Counted from the first letter of the stretch, positions 34,092 through 46,470 are shown. The stretch is DNA of 64,000 nt from Saccostrea echinata (GCF_033153115.1 NW_026889803.1:15872001-15936000); one strand, 5' to 3'. Numbers and translations: made by a program. The notes: a model not told the origin generated them from the letters alone.

Positions 34092-36047
34092 TGTTATATG
34101 ATTATGTATAATTAAAACTATGATATATATTACATTACAAAAATTTACTCCGTTATATTTTATGGATCAAGCCTTGATTTTCTGCGAGTGTATTTATAGT
34201 TACAAATGTGGCAGTCAGACAAGTTTGATTGCCTGCAGCCAAATAGCTCAGTTGGTAGACCACCTGAATGGAGGAGATTCAGGAGGCCAAGGTTCGAATC
34301 CTAGTCTGGTCCAACTCCATTGCCTTTTTCTCCTTTCCTGTTACACATAATTAATATATACTTTCATGTATAAAGTCAAACCTTGTTATCTCAAACTTGA
34401 TGGGACTAAGAAAAAACTTCGAGATATCTGATTTTTCGAGATATCGGTGGGACTTCCAAATCACTTTGATATATCCATGGTATTTGAGATATTAGTGTTC
34501 AAGATACCAAAGCTCAACTGTACTTTCGAAGCCACTAATCATCAATAACCTTTGAGTCAAGATTCCGCAATCTCTGTTAAACATTGTTATGACCTAGACA
34601 AAACTTTACTCTTTTGAATCCTTGGCTTAGATTCAAGACTCTGACAAAGATTCTACTATTTTTGTAGTACAAAGGTATGCTGTGGATAGAATTTTACACT
34701 TTTGAACCTGTGTCCTTTACCAGTTGACCTAAGTATGGACTAATGACACAACCTCTGATCTAGTAATCTCTGTGGCAATTATGAGCTTCAAATGTTTCTT
34801 TCTTACAGAAGCTATGGGCAAGACAGAAATTTTACACTATGAAACCCCGTGACCTTGACCTTGCTCAAATGACCTTGGTTTAGGCACACTCATTAACAAT
34901 CTTTGTGAGCTTCATTATAAATCTTTATTACAAATTAATTGTCCAGATGAGAAGTGAGAGACAGAAAGCTAGATAAAAAGACAAGGTGATTCAAAAACAC
35001 CAACTAAATGTTTTAAATTCACAAGAAGAATACTTCTTTTAATACCTTATGATACTTTCAGTGGGAAGAAATTAACAAGTTGTAAAACCAGTTTTTCTGA
35101 GGAAAAAACACTTGCCAAATTTATATATAGACAATTGACAAGATGATCAATGTCATGAATGGCCATATCTGACACTGAAAAATACTTGAAAGCTCATCTG
35201 TACAGTTGAATATCTGTATCTTGTCATGAATATTGGTATTTCAAATACATGTACCACAGATATGTCAAAGTTAGTTTGAAATCTCAGCTACTTTTTCTTC
35301 ATGTATTTTAACCTCAGTATCTCAAAATCTTGGATATTTGTTCGTTTATCTTGGGGGGGGGGGGGGTCTTTTTTGTCCCCATCTATTCAATCAAGATATT
35401 GGTTTGACTATACTTTGGTTTAGTTTAAAAATTGACGCATCAATTCTTAGGCTAGAACCACAGTAAAGGTCTATAAAAAGTTCAAAGGGAATGTCCAGTC
35501 CAAGTTTGATAAGAATTTGTTTTGCATGAGGAGTAAAATTGCTAAATGTCATTAAAAATTTTGTGTTGAGCGGCTTTGATAATCATTTTGAAGTATATAT
35601 AGCAAGAGTGTTAATGTCAGTTGAAAGTACATTGTAATAGTAGTAAGATTCATCGACCCGCTATTCACAGTAGATACTCATTATAAAAGTTTTGCTTGAA
35701 GTCTAAAGATTTTCCAAAAACATCAAATTAAAATGAAAGTCCACAATTTCAACATACCTTGCAGAACAAAAAATGACATAAATTTCTTGTACACTTGGAA
35801 ATTTATAAAGGAATGCCAAAGAGAGTAGAGAGTTATCTCTCTTATCAGACAGTCAATGAACCTTAAAGATATAACAAGCAGAAATTACTTACATGGTGCG
35901 GTAGGTAGGATTTGGAGATGACCCTCCAGTGAACCCCACTTTAGTTCTGATAACACCAGGGACAACGCCAAACTGGGCCTCTGGAAACCAAAATCAGCTG
36001 AGGGCAAAAGTTGCCCGTGAAAGTCTTCCAACTTCTGATCCAGGCAT
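30395..36047 (-). CDS. MSRA: selenoprotein methionine sulfoxide reductase A (Sec-MsrA), 209 aa, in-frame TGA (codon 18) at the catalytic position
   Basis: Exons 36047-35893, 32135-31884, 31099-30955 and 30472-30395 (630 nt, all GT-AG). Translation: MPGSEVGRLSRATFALS-U-FWFPEAQFGVVPGVIRTKVGFTGG..PTY..GDHTETV..FDP..SYEELL..FW..HNP..QYMSAIFYH..FYNAENYHQKY..RLNGY. TGA at 35996-35994 replaces the Cys of the MsrA GCFW motif. SECIS present in the 3' UTR. Confidence 0.93.
32495..34090 (+). mobile_element. pearl/HINE-like element, family B, with ~166-bp tandem array (7-8 monomers) in a MsrA intron
   Basis: 5' AACAAGAGGCCCATGGGCC..CTCACCTGAG. TTGGATTCCCTATTGT recurs at ~165-166-bp spacing. (GACG/GACA)n microsatellite at 34009-34040. 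3' hairpin AGCTCACTTGAGC..GCTCAGGTGAGCT followed by an A-run. Confidence 0.85.
34207..34345 (+). mobile_element. tRNA-derived SINE-like repeat
   Basis: Box A TAGCTCAGTTGG (34244-34255) and box B GGTTCGAATCC (34291-34301), but the acceptor stem and anticodon arm do not form a normal cloverleaf. Confidence 0.6.
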
Positions 36048-36335
36048 GTTTGCACCTTCTTTCAATCTACATTATCAAGGATACAAAGGTAAATGTTACT
36101 AAATTTAAAAGGTATAATCAGAGACTCCCTGGTATAATTCAGTGTTGAATAGGCTTACATAAAATTTGATTAGGGGGTGCTAATTATTTTACAGAGAAGG
36201 CAGGAGAAAAGAAATTAAGGAAAAGCAGAAATCAATTACCGGGTAAGGGTAAAGAAAGAGTTGAGGATAAAAGATCCAATAGTATTTCTTGTTTGATATA
36301 TTATAGATAAAATAAATCAAACTATATATCGGAGA

Positions 36336-36939
36336 CAGGGTTCGACATTAACGTTAGTCCGTTAGTCTCAGACTAATACATTTTCATTCGGATAATAAAA
36401 TCTGTGGCTAATTAGTCCGAACGGACTAATAGAAATTTCTGGAAAAAAAATCAATAAATAACCGATGTTCGATTCTTGACAACTTTCATTGGAAAACCCT
36501 GCATGTATTTTTTGCTTTCTAGATTCTTGACAGGAAGTTAGGTAATTCCGAGTCAATTCGGCACTCAATTTTAGGACTGATTGGTATGAAATTAGCCTAA
36601 ACATTTTAGCAATCTTGATTTAGAATAACACGTAAAAAAAAGATGTTGGACATTTGGATGTAATGTATAGGGAAAAACGAACGAGATCGGGAATACGACC
36701 GTAGTTCCTGATCGCGAGATTTCAAAGAATCCTAAAATAAAACATTTCACGTAAATGCTTAGTGTATTTCAAAAAAGTATATAAAAAGTACATTGCAATG
36801 TTTTATTTTTAAATTAACCATTACAAAACATTGATTTTTTTTTTTTTGACGGACTCATAAAATCGAGTGCGGACTAGTAAAAGTAAAGAAGCACTAGTCC
36901 GGCTGGACTAAAGCCTAAAAATGTTAGTGTCGAACCCTG
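36336..36939. mobile_element. hAT5-like MITE with 5-bp TSD in the MsrA 5' UTR intron
   Basis: TIR CAGGGTTCGACATTAAC / GTTAGTGTCGAACCCTG; TSD GGAGA (36331-36335, 36940-36944); subterminal GGACTA/TAGTCC repeats. Confidence 0.82.
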
Positions 36940-37099
36940 GGAGACATTATTAACACGTCATTTGTGTCTTGGACCATACACTGTGTGTACAAATGTTTCA
37001 AACAATTTTAAAAAATGACAGTTTGCTCGCGTCAAACAAGTTTGTAGGGAAATTCAATTCTTCTTTAATTATCACCTTCAACAGGGCTGAGATGCTTAC

Positions 37100-37357
37100 C
37101 TTTTTAAATGCCAGTTGAACTGTTTTGTAACAAGATAAATCGAAAGTACATTCGGAACGTTCTAACATTCGGAATTTAGTTTATATCGTTCAAACGTTTC
37201 ACGCGAAGAATACTTTTCAATGATTTTCAAGCATGTGAAGGACATTGATTGTGAAATTGACTTCCTCAAATTATTATGGATTTCAAAGATACAGAAAGGT
37301 CTTTCTGATGGACATTTCTTTTTTTGAAACTTAAACGTCACTGCGTAAGCAACAGAC
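37100..37357. promoter_or_regulatory. bidirectional promoter between MsrA (non-coding exon 1, -) and GFOD (+)
   Basis: Minus-strand donor AAG|GTAAGC at 37100 can splice to the acceptor at 36067, upstream of the MsrA ATG. The GFOD ATG is 258 bp away on the plus strand. Local CpG enrichment. Confidence 0.55.
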
Positions 37358-40189
37358 ATGCGGAAGATGCTACCAGGATTCGGAGTCGTGGGAACCCCAA
37401 ATTCGGTCAGGGCTTATGTCCCACTTTTGAAATCATACGGCTTCAGAGTTGTGGCGTTATGGGGGAGAACGAAAGAAGATGCAGCCAAAGTTGCAGCAGA
37501 GCTCAACATTCCATTTCATTCTAGTAATGTTGATGAGGTGGATATATATTTTTTTACAACATACTATACAGTTCTTTTATTTATTTATTTTTTTTTTCTA
37601 ATAACTTGACACAGTTTGAGATTTTTAACAGTACTGTAACTATGGTAACATATCGTAGAACATTTTTCATTGAAGAAATTTTTTTTTATTGTCAGGTTTT
37701 ATTGAACAAGGATGTGGACATCATTGCGGTAACATGTGCTCCTCACATGCAAGCCCCTATAGCAGTCAAGGCTCTTGGTATGTTAATTAATTATTAATGC
37801 ATGGAGCTTTTCTGTCCTTTTTTTAGAGAAAGTCCTGGTGAAGGTAGACAGACACCTCGGCCCAACGACACCTCGGCCCGTCACGTTTGACACGTCGGCC
37901 CAAAATTATTGACACCTCGGCCCATACTGAAGACACCTCGGCCCAAGGAATTTTTTTTCAGAATTATTATCTGTATTCACTATGGTAATATAAATATACG
38001 TATGTTTATAATGACGATATGTATACGATAAACAGGGGCAGTGAAAAGGCTATGTAACCTGTGTTACTGGTTACAATTGAACATAGGTGAAAGTCAGCAC
38101 TAAATTCTTGCCATATATGCAGCTGCTGTATCTACTGAGTGGGAGATAGGTCTATTTATTTATTTATTTTGTTGCTTATGAAAATGCAACTTTATTCATT
38201 TCATAATGTCAAGAATTCTTTTACTTAAAAATCACTTTGTAGTAGGGGCGTACTGTACACATGTTAACCTCACAGATAGAAATTACATTAACCTGATAGA
38301 TCTTCGTTGCGTAATATTAGAGCATAATGGGTATATTTCCCTAAACCAACCAAGGTAGATATGTGGTTGTACCCAACAATTGGATTAATTTACCTGCTCG
38401 TAATTAACTCCTAATTGTCACCACCCCATATGACACGTGCTTGAGACGCCAAAGGATGCGCCGTGTCTTCTTGTTTGTTTAACGATTAGCACTTTGGGAT
38501 GCACAGTCTTTTTTTTCTAATTACCGTCAATATTTACTCTCGGAAGATTATTCATTTATTTTCTTTTTTATTTCATGGATATATAATAATATAATCCGTC
38601 GCATTTAGTCCCTATAATGATAAAATACTTCAGAATATATTAAATAAATATGTTTGAAATAATACATTTTTGTTTGTGCCGAGGTGTCTTTTACGTGAGC
38701 CGAAGTGTCTCAAATCTTGGGCCGACTCGTCGGGGCCGAGGTGTCAAAGGGCCGAGATGTTGTTGGGCCGAGGTGTCGTTGGACCGAGGTGTCTGACATT
38801 CCTGGTGAAATATCTTACTGACATTGGTGAACCACACTAATAAACATGATAAAACTTGAGATATTTGAATCAATCGATTGTTTGAATCAGTGGATTGTCA
38901 CTATAATAATGTAAAAAAAAAATGATGTCCTGAAAATCTTGCAAGATTCAGAGCTTCCTTAACTTTGCAGCAAAAGAATGGCAGTAAGTTAGATACCCGC
39001 GAGGTATTCACGATACTAAGTACTGAGAAGCAGGGAAAGCCAACTTACACTCCCATATTAATTCTTTGATAATCCTTTATTGTAACATTATATAAAAGGG
39101 CTTAAATAATTTACCTCAGGAGTCCTTATTTTATCAGTGTTTGCATTCAAGTTTAATTTGTTATGTACTTGAATGCATTAATTTTTAATTGTTCATAAAG
39201 TGTAATTACTACTTATTATAACCATGCAATGATTTATATTGTAAAATCTGTAATTTTTTTCAGGAATTGGAAAACATGTTATTTGTGGTGCCCCTGCAGG
39301 ACCAAACCAAGTGGACTCTTTACGCATGGTCAATGCTGCAAAGTATTACCCTCGTTTGATGTCCCTTACTATTTATGGATTGCGGTTTCTTCCGGCCATT
39401 GACAAAATGAAACAGCTGATTTTGGATGGCTATGTAGGAGACATAAACATCTGTGAAGTCAAAGTTCACTTTGAAAAAGTTAAGAGGGATCAGTTTGACT
39501 GGATGTGTGATGGCACAATGGGAGGCGGTCTTTTGAATGAGATTGGCAGTGACATCATTGATGTGATTGGTTATCTCACAGGGCAAAGAGCAACAAAAGC
39601 ACACGGCATGCTGAAAACTTACACAAAGCAAACTGAGAAAATAAAGGGCATTCGTGAGATAACAAGTGATGATTTTTGCACTTTTCAGATAGAACTTGAT
39701 CAGGGGTCCTGTGTGACTGCCACAATCAATGGTCATATTCCAGGACCTTTTCAGCAAGAAATTATGATATTAGGAAACAAAGGTAGACTTATAGCTAAAG
39801 GAGCAGATCTGTATGGCCAGAAAAATGACCAATCAAAAGAAACATTGCTGCACTTTGACCCCATCAACTTCAAAGAAGAAGAGAGGTATGGAGTATCTGA
39901 AAAAACTCGCACTCTCATCCCAACTCCATACCTAAAGGGCATCATACAGTTTATTGAAGCTGTCAAAGAAGCATTTGACAAAGAAGAAGAGAGACAGAGC
40001 TATTGCATAGACCCAGTGAGACCAGCAGCAAATTTTGAGGATGCCCTGTATGTACAATCTGTGGTAGAAGCCATTCGCAAGTCCAGTAAAACTAAGCAAT
40101 GGGTCAAGGTGGAGGTTTTGGAGGAGGAACCTGATCCTAACTCATTTATGTCACCTTCAATGAGACGCAGTGCTTACTCAGTCCAGTGA
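37358..40189 (+). CDS. GFOD1: glucose-fructose oxidoreductase domain-containing protein (GFOD1/2 family), ~395 aa
   Basis: Exons 37358-37537, 37696-37777 and 39264-40189 (1188 nt, in frame). MLPGFGVVGT..ALWGRT..VDEVLLNKDVD..VKALGIGKHVIC..AAKYYPRLMS..LRFLPA..MGGGLL..IREITSDDFCTFQ match GFOD1/2. Start may be ATG 37367. Confidence 0.93.
37843..38800. mobile_element. non-autonomous DNA transposon with internally repetitive TIRs (MuDR-like, tentative) in GFOD intron 2
   Basis: GACACCTCGGCCC repeated ~5x at the left and its inverse ~6x at the right; CCTGGTGAA duplicated at 37834-37842 and 38801-38809. Confidence 0.75.
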
Positions 40190-40410
40190 GCAAGTACCTA
40201 TTTACTACACAAAAAAAACTAAATATAGCTCAGGGTTAACAAGTAGCTTTAATACAAGGCAGTTATGATGAGTCAAAAGCAATCATAATTCATTATTATT
40301 TGTCATGCATTAATTGCATATGAATCTGATGATCATTTTTTATATCATTTTATTAGTTTTAAGTTTACTTTTTAAAAAAAATGAGTCTGGAAAATTCATA
40401 CTAAGTCCCA

Positions 40411-40636
40411 ATACTGTAAAATCCCTTATTTTCGTGGGGTCAAATTTTTGTTGTTCAAAGAAAAAAAATATTGTTTTGAGGGGATTTGATTTCGTGGTTA
40501 TAGAATAAACATAATACTGTAACAGTAGTTTGAAATTTTAACATTTTGTGGAGGATGTGAAAACGTGGGTCTCTTAATACTACAAAAACAATGAAAATAC
40601 CCCCCCCCCCCCCTGAAAATTAGTGATTTCACAGTA
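40411..40636. mobile_element. TA-flanked MITE
   Basis: TACTGTAAAATCCCTTATTTTC / GAAAATTAGTGATTTCACAGTA imperfect TIRs. Confidence 0.6.
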
Positions 40637-41981
40637 TTAATTCTATTATTAAAGAATAGTACAATGTGTTTGTAGTAAATACATTTGAAATTAATATACA
40701 AGTTTAACTAAGTCATATTTTATCATGAATAGTGAAATATAATGAAATTGTAACTAGATTTAACAAAGTGGATATAGTGTCTGAGTTATTTTATCATTGA
40801 GTAGTTGATATATAAACAATGATCATTTGGAATTGTAACTAGAATTAATAAATTGGATATAGTGAGCAATATTGGCTGTCCATGTCAGTTCATTGAATCA
40901 GATAACCCCAGTTAGACAATGATGAGATATTTGCTAGTTACCCCCATCCACCCTGCCTCTGTAAGAAATTTTCATGTTTTTTTCAACATACTTGCAAGTC
41001 CAATCCTATATGTTAAATCTTTAGGATGTTAATTTTGTCTCAAACATAATTTTCTTGTCAATTAAAAAAAAAATTAAGTTTTAATTGAGGTATATAACCA
41101 TAATCTGATGCATAGATACCATACCATGATACACATTTTAATGGGACTTTAATGTAGCATTTTGTGTTAATGTATTTTGTTGAGTATATCACCTTGCTTA
41201 CGTGTACAATCATTATGAATGTTAATATATTCACTGGTATGTCCTAAGGAGATGTAATGCAGCATTATTTTCAAACATTTACTCTTTTCAAAGCAGCTTG
41301 GATATATATTTTGTTGTAAAATAGATACTGGTCTAGCAAATGGCACCATTCGTCCTCAGTATGTACATGTACACATATGATATTGTGTTGTCTAGTCAGC
41401 ACTGTGATACACAATTTTTTTGTGAATTCATTTTTTTTGTATTTTCAATTATTATTTAAATACATATTCATCATATATATCTACAAATTAGTGCACTTAT
41501 TTACCAAAAATATTTATTTCTAGTATTCTCTTTCCTTTGAAAGATAAAAATGACTCTACACTTTTGTGTTATATACTGTATACAGGGCTATTTTTCAATG
41601 TTTTGCCCCATGTTATTTTTGTCCTATCACACATGCAAACAAAAGTTGCATTAAAGGAGAGATAACTCTGTCTCTGTTGATTTTGCCTCAGTTTGAGTTT
41701 GCCTATTTAGGACAAGGGGCAAAAATTTCCCTGTATGCAGTATATGCAAGGAAAATGTATTTTTAAGTCACAAAGCACTGCCAATCGCTTCATTTCTGTC
41801 CGTGACATGATATTACTCGGATCATATTTTATTTTGGTTACTCTGTACATTCTATTGACAATATTATGACTATCCTTTTTGCACAGATTCATGGTTTCAC
41901 TGGTTAAAACATGTTTATACAATCTTTGATTTATTGAAAAATATTTTTGGATATAAAATTATCCCTGCAAAAAGCTTATAA

Positions 41982-42203
41982 ATACTGTAGATTCCTAAAT
42001 ATACGCGAGGAATAAATTATCGCGTAATTACGCGAGAAGCACCGCTCGCGAAATAAAATTACTCACTTTTATTTTTATGGTGCTTTAATGTATGTAAAAT
42101 CTCTAGATAAATCAACCATTCGCGAATTATTATTCTCACAATTTGACACCCTTGGGTCATTTCGCGATAATAAGTACTCGCGTAAAATAAGGAATCTACA
42201 GTA
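41982..42203. mobile_element. TA-flanked MITE; related copy at ~59985-60165
   Basis: TIR TACTGTAGATTCCT / AGGAATCTACAGTA with CGCGA-rich interior. Confidence 0.7.
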
Positions 42204-42649
42204 TTAGAAGCTTGTATTTTTATCTAGGCTTGTACAGGCAGTATTTGCCTTCCTGTCTGTTTTGGCAACTTTTCTTTATCTAAATTTAATAAGTTTATCA
42301 TTAGGTGATGACAATGCATTGTCCATGGAGAATGTGATTTGTGTAGTTTTGATTTTTTTTTCTGTCCAAATTCTGAATGATTTATATTAGCTGTGTAAGC
42401 GATACTGAATCTTCTGTGTGCAAACTTATTTTTGCTGTTTTCACAACAACAAAAAACTGTGAAAATAGGCTGTAAGTGATAAATAATCAGTGAAAGGGAG
42501 AGAAATCAGTTACTTCACAAAGAAAACAACTGAAATCAGATCTGATTTTGCATGTATTTAATGATTGATTCACAAGGAATTAAAATTTTATGTTTATTTA
42601 AGCAAATGGAAGTAGAGAAGCAAAAATAGAACCTGATCTATCAGTATGC

Positions 42650-43558
42650 TTTTAGCTCACCTGCAATCTGATTAAAATACAGATCTCTACAGCAGCAAAA
42701 ATGCAGAGAAATCCTGTAGAGATCTGTATTTGAATCAGATTGATTCACCCTAGTCAAAAGTGAGCTTTTCTGATCAAAAGGTGTCCAGCATCCATGTGTC
42801 TGTAAACTTTTTATGTTTTTGACTTCTTCTCCATAACCACTGGGTCAATTTCAAGCAAACTCCTATTGACCATGGGTGAAAGGGGGTTCAAAATTGTTCA
42901 GATCAAGAGTAATGCCTTCTTTAAAAGGGAGATGGATAAGAAGTAGTAAAAATTAAGTGGCATATTCTACTAAAAATTTTCTTCTCAAGAACATCTTCCT
43001 TACATAGTGTAGATTCAAGCAGGGTTCTTATTAATCAGGTTAATGCAAGAATGTGTGCAATGGATGCAGAAAAATAATTTGGGATGTAACTTTGTTCAAA
43101 ACTTTGCGCACCTGCAGACTTCTTAGTGGGTGTTTCCTCATTATTAAGAAAAACATATCTGATGGTCATCTTCAATGAATATCATAAAAAATTAAAATAT
43201 GAATGTTCCATTTTAATAAACACCTTTTCTTGTACCTATTCCTATATTTTCTTGTACCTCTTCCTATATTCTATAGCTAGAATTTGACGTCAAATTTTAC
43301 ATAATGCATTTATGTATTATATATACAGGGAAAAAAAAAAGATCTCCATGGAGAACAGCAGGGCTGTGTTAGTCATATTGATTTTGAAGCATCCCAGTGT
43401 TGTGCTTCAAATTGGGTTAAATCATAGCCCCTTGAGGCTATGTTAATTGGGGCCTCAATGTAGAGTAAAAACTTTTCGTGAGAATAAGAGGGGGGGGGGG
43501 ATCTTTTAAAAAATCCTCTGAATAACAGCAGGGCCAAAGTGACTCAGGTGAGCATTGG
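42650..43558 (-). mobile_element. degenerate inverted HINE-like element with internal insertions
   Basis: TTTTAGCTCACCTG..GTGAGCTTTTCTGATCA..CTGTAAACTTTT is the reverse complement of the family B 3' end; the other end reads CTCAGGTGAGC. Confidence 0.55.
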
Positions 43559-44465
43559 AGATGGACGCATAGGGTGTCGAAGTTGTCAGCATCTATTTAT
43601 TATATACATGTATATTAAAGACTTTGATGTTTTTCAGCATACATGTTACTTTTTTTTTTAAATGTGTATACAATGTTTTAATGTATAGCTTTTCTGGGAA
43701 AATAGATTCCGGGAATGACACAAGAACTTATAAAATGCCACTTAATAAGTTAATATTACTATAAATGTGCTATGACATATACTGTATCACTCTTATGCAC
43801 CCGTGACTTGTTTTTTAAGTAATTGGATATATTATACGGAAATGTATAATTTTTTTTGTAGAATATCATATTTCATTAAAGCTGAAATAAAACTATGTGA
43901 GAAAAGCAGAAAAGAAATGTTATAGAATCTCAATTCTGAACAAACTGTTAACACTGTAGCATAATTCTTCACTGAACAATCATATGATAAAACTTTTAAG
44001 ATTTATGTATGGAAAATAAACTTTCAGATGGCAATAACTGTATCAAATCTTTATTTTTGGTTCACTGTTGACAAAGTCGGGGGTCACTTTTGGGGTGCTG
44101 CACCACGGCATTGACATTGTTATCAGAGTCCCAGAAGTGTATATGGAGCAGGCAGGTCAATCAACAGGTAAAACTACCCAGTATGTACATTTGTAAGGCA
44201 GCCCTATGGGGATCAAACGTGCATGCACTGGGATTCTATAATGCATTTTACAGATTTTGCATTAAATGCTGCATTTGAAGGAGGAGGATCATATCTTGGT
44301 ACTTGTATTGTCTTACTTTGTAGTTCACTTCCATGGATAGTGCATCAAGAGATGATGCTTTTAAATACGTAGTTGTTATAAAACTGAAAATTGGAGTGGA
44401 ATAGATTAAAAATCTTCTCAAGAACCACCTACTCAGAAAAGAAAACTAGTAGTTTTTATTCGAAA

Positions 44466-45459
44466 AACAAGAGGCTCATGGGCCACAACACTCACCTGAG
44501 TAACTATGGCTCTTCTGTTCTCTATCAGCGGACTTTTTCCCAATATATTCTTATGTGAAGTTAAGATAATATATTGTGGCCCCACCCTACCCACTACCTC
44601 ACCCTACCTCTAGGTGTCATGATTTGAACAAACTTGAATCTGAACATACTTTTATACATATATGATAAACATGGTTTTGTGGTTCTTAGGAAGAAGATTT
44701 AAAAGATTTAACGTATATTCTAATGTAAAACTTAGATTGGCCATTGTGACCAGTTCCTACCCCTGTGAGTCATGATTTGAACAAATTAGAATCTACACTA
44801 CCTGAAAATGCTTCACTATAAATACAAGGAATGAATGTTTTGCTGTTCTTGAGAAGAAGAATTTTAAAGATTTTTCTTAGGTATTTCTATGAAAAACTTT
44901 GAATGCCCATAGTGGTCCCACCCTACCCCAGGGGTCGTGATTTAGATAAACTTGAATCTACACTCCTTGAGGATGCTTCCATCTAAATATGACTAATCAT
45001 GGCCTTGCTGTTCTTGAGAAGAAGAATTTTAAAGATTTTTCCCATGTATTCCTATGTAAAACTTTGATTGCCCATAGTGGCCCCACCCTACCCCCAGGGA
45101 TCATGATTTGAAAAAAAAAAAACTGAATCTACACTACCTGAAGAAGCGTCCATATAAATTTGATTAATCATGACCTTGCTGTTCTTGAGAAGAAGAATTT
45201 TAAAGATTTTTTCTAAGTATTCCTTTGTAAAACTTCGAACAGCCAAAGTGGCCCTACCCTATGCCCAGGGGTCATGATTTGAACAAACTTGTATCTACAC
45301 TACCCCAGAAAGCTTTCACATAAGTTTCATCTTTTCTGGCCCAGTGGTTCTTGAGAAGATTTTTAAATTACCCCACTTATTTTTCACTATTTCTTAATTA
45401 CCTCCCTTGGAAGAGGGCATGACCCTTTATTGAACATTCATCAAACTTGAATCCCCTTT

Positions 45460-45513
<54 letters not shown>

Positions 45514-45604
45514 CAAAAGATGAAAATGTGAAAAGTTTACAAAGACAATGACAGACAACAGACAAATTTTGATCACTTTGATCCTTTGGCTCAGGTGAAC
45601 TAAC
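44466..45604 (+). mobile_element. family B HINE-like element, diverged copy
   Basis: AACAAGAGGCTCATGGGCCAC..CTCACCTGAG start, ~5 diverged ~165-bp monomers, GACA microsatellite and GCTCAGGTGAACTAA end. Confidence 0.78.
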
Positions 45605-45869
45605 AAGGTATAGTTACAGCCAAATGTGGCCCATTATTTGATATAAAAATCAAACCACAGTTAAAATTGTGATAGTACATGTTTGCAGTTAAAATTTTTA
45701 AATAAAAATGTTTTAAAATCAGCACTAAATTTGATTCAAAGCATACACAGAGGCCACAAGAGGGTGCTAAAGTAAGACATTTTACAGAATTTCCTCAATT
45801 CTGATGGAGTTTTGTCAAATTTGAGATACTTTTCACTTCGGGAAATATAGAGCACAAGCTTGCCTGAGA

Positions 45870-46470
45870 TTTTTAGCTCACCTCAACGAAGAGGATGCTT
45901 CTTGCGTGTTTCATTGTACCAATCAAGGTTTCAGATGATGCAATTTCAGCTAAAGAATGACCAGGTTAATGTTTTTGGAGCAGGTTAAAGTTTTTGGAGC
46001 AGGTTAAAGTTTTTGGAGCAGATCTTGTTTCCAAGTAACTATAAGTCCTATGTTGACCAAACTTGCATGGATGATACATCTAAGGATGCACATTACTGGA
46101 CTTGCTTTGGATGCTGGATCTGACCTACATTTTCCGGATGAGTGACCATGCAGGTTAAAGTTTTTGGAGCAGGTCCATTGCCAAGAAACTATAAGGCCTA
46201 TCTTAACCAAATTTGCAAGGATGATGCATCAAGGGACGAACACTCTCAAACTTGCTTCAGATGCTGGATTTGACTTGCATTTTCTGGATGAGTGACTAGT
46301 TTAAAGTTTTTAGATAAGTCCATTCCCAAGTAACTGTAAGCCCTATCAGACCAAAATTGCATAAATCTAGGGATGCACACTACTAGATTATTAGTTTAGT
46401 GTGGGACTTAACCTTACTTAAAGACAACATTCCTTGAGGTGAGCTCTGTAATCTCTGATTACCTATGTTT
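45870..46470 (-). mobile_element. family A HINE-like element, short inverted copy
   Basis: Reverse complement of the 27920-29166 termini (TTTTAGCTCACCTCAACGAA..; ..GAGGTGAGCTCTGTAATCTCTGATTACCTATGTTT), with 2-3 monomers. Confidence 0.78.

Noticed and set aside
34235-34312. tRNA gene
   Set aside because: Boxes A and B are present, but the acceptor stem does not pair and the D and anticodon arms are abnormal; better explained as a SINE-like head.
35970-35993. Sec redefinition element (stem-loop just 3' of the UGA)
   Set aside because: Only a weak UUUUGG/CCAGAG stem with G-U pairs, in sequence constrained by the FWFPE codons; unsupported without covariation data.
35994-35996. MsrA as a pseudogene with a premature stop
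   Set aside because: The TGA is exactly at the catalytic Cys, the rest of the gene is intact, and a SECIS is present.
39320-39981. Minus-strand ORFs 39320-39757 and 39751-39981
   Set aside because: Antisense to GFOD exon 3.
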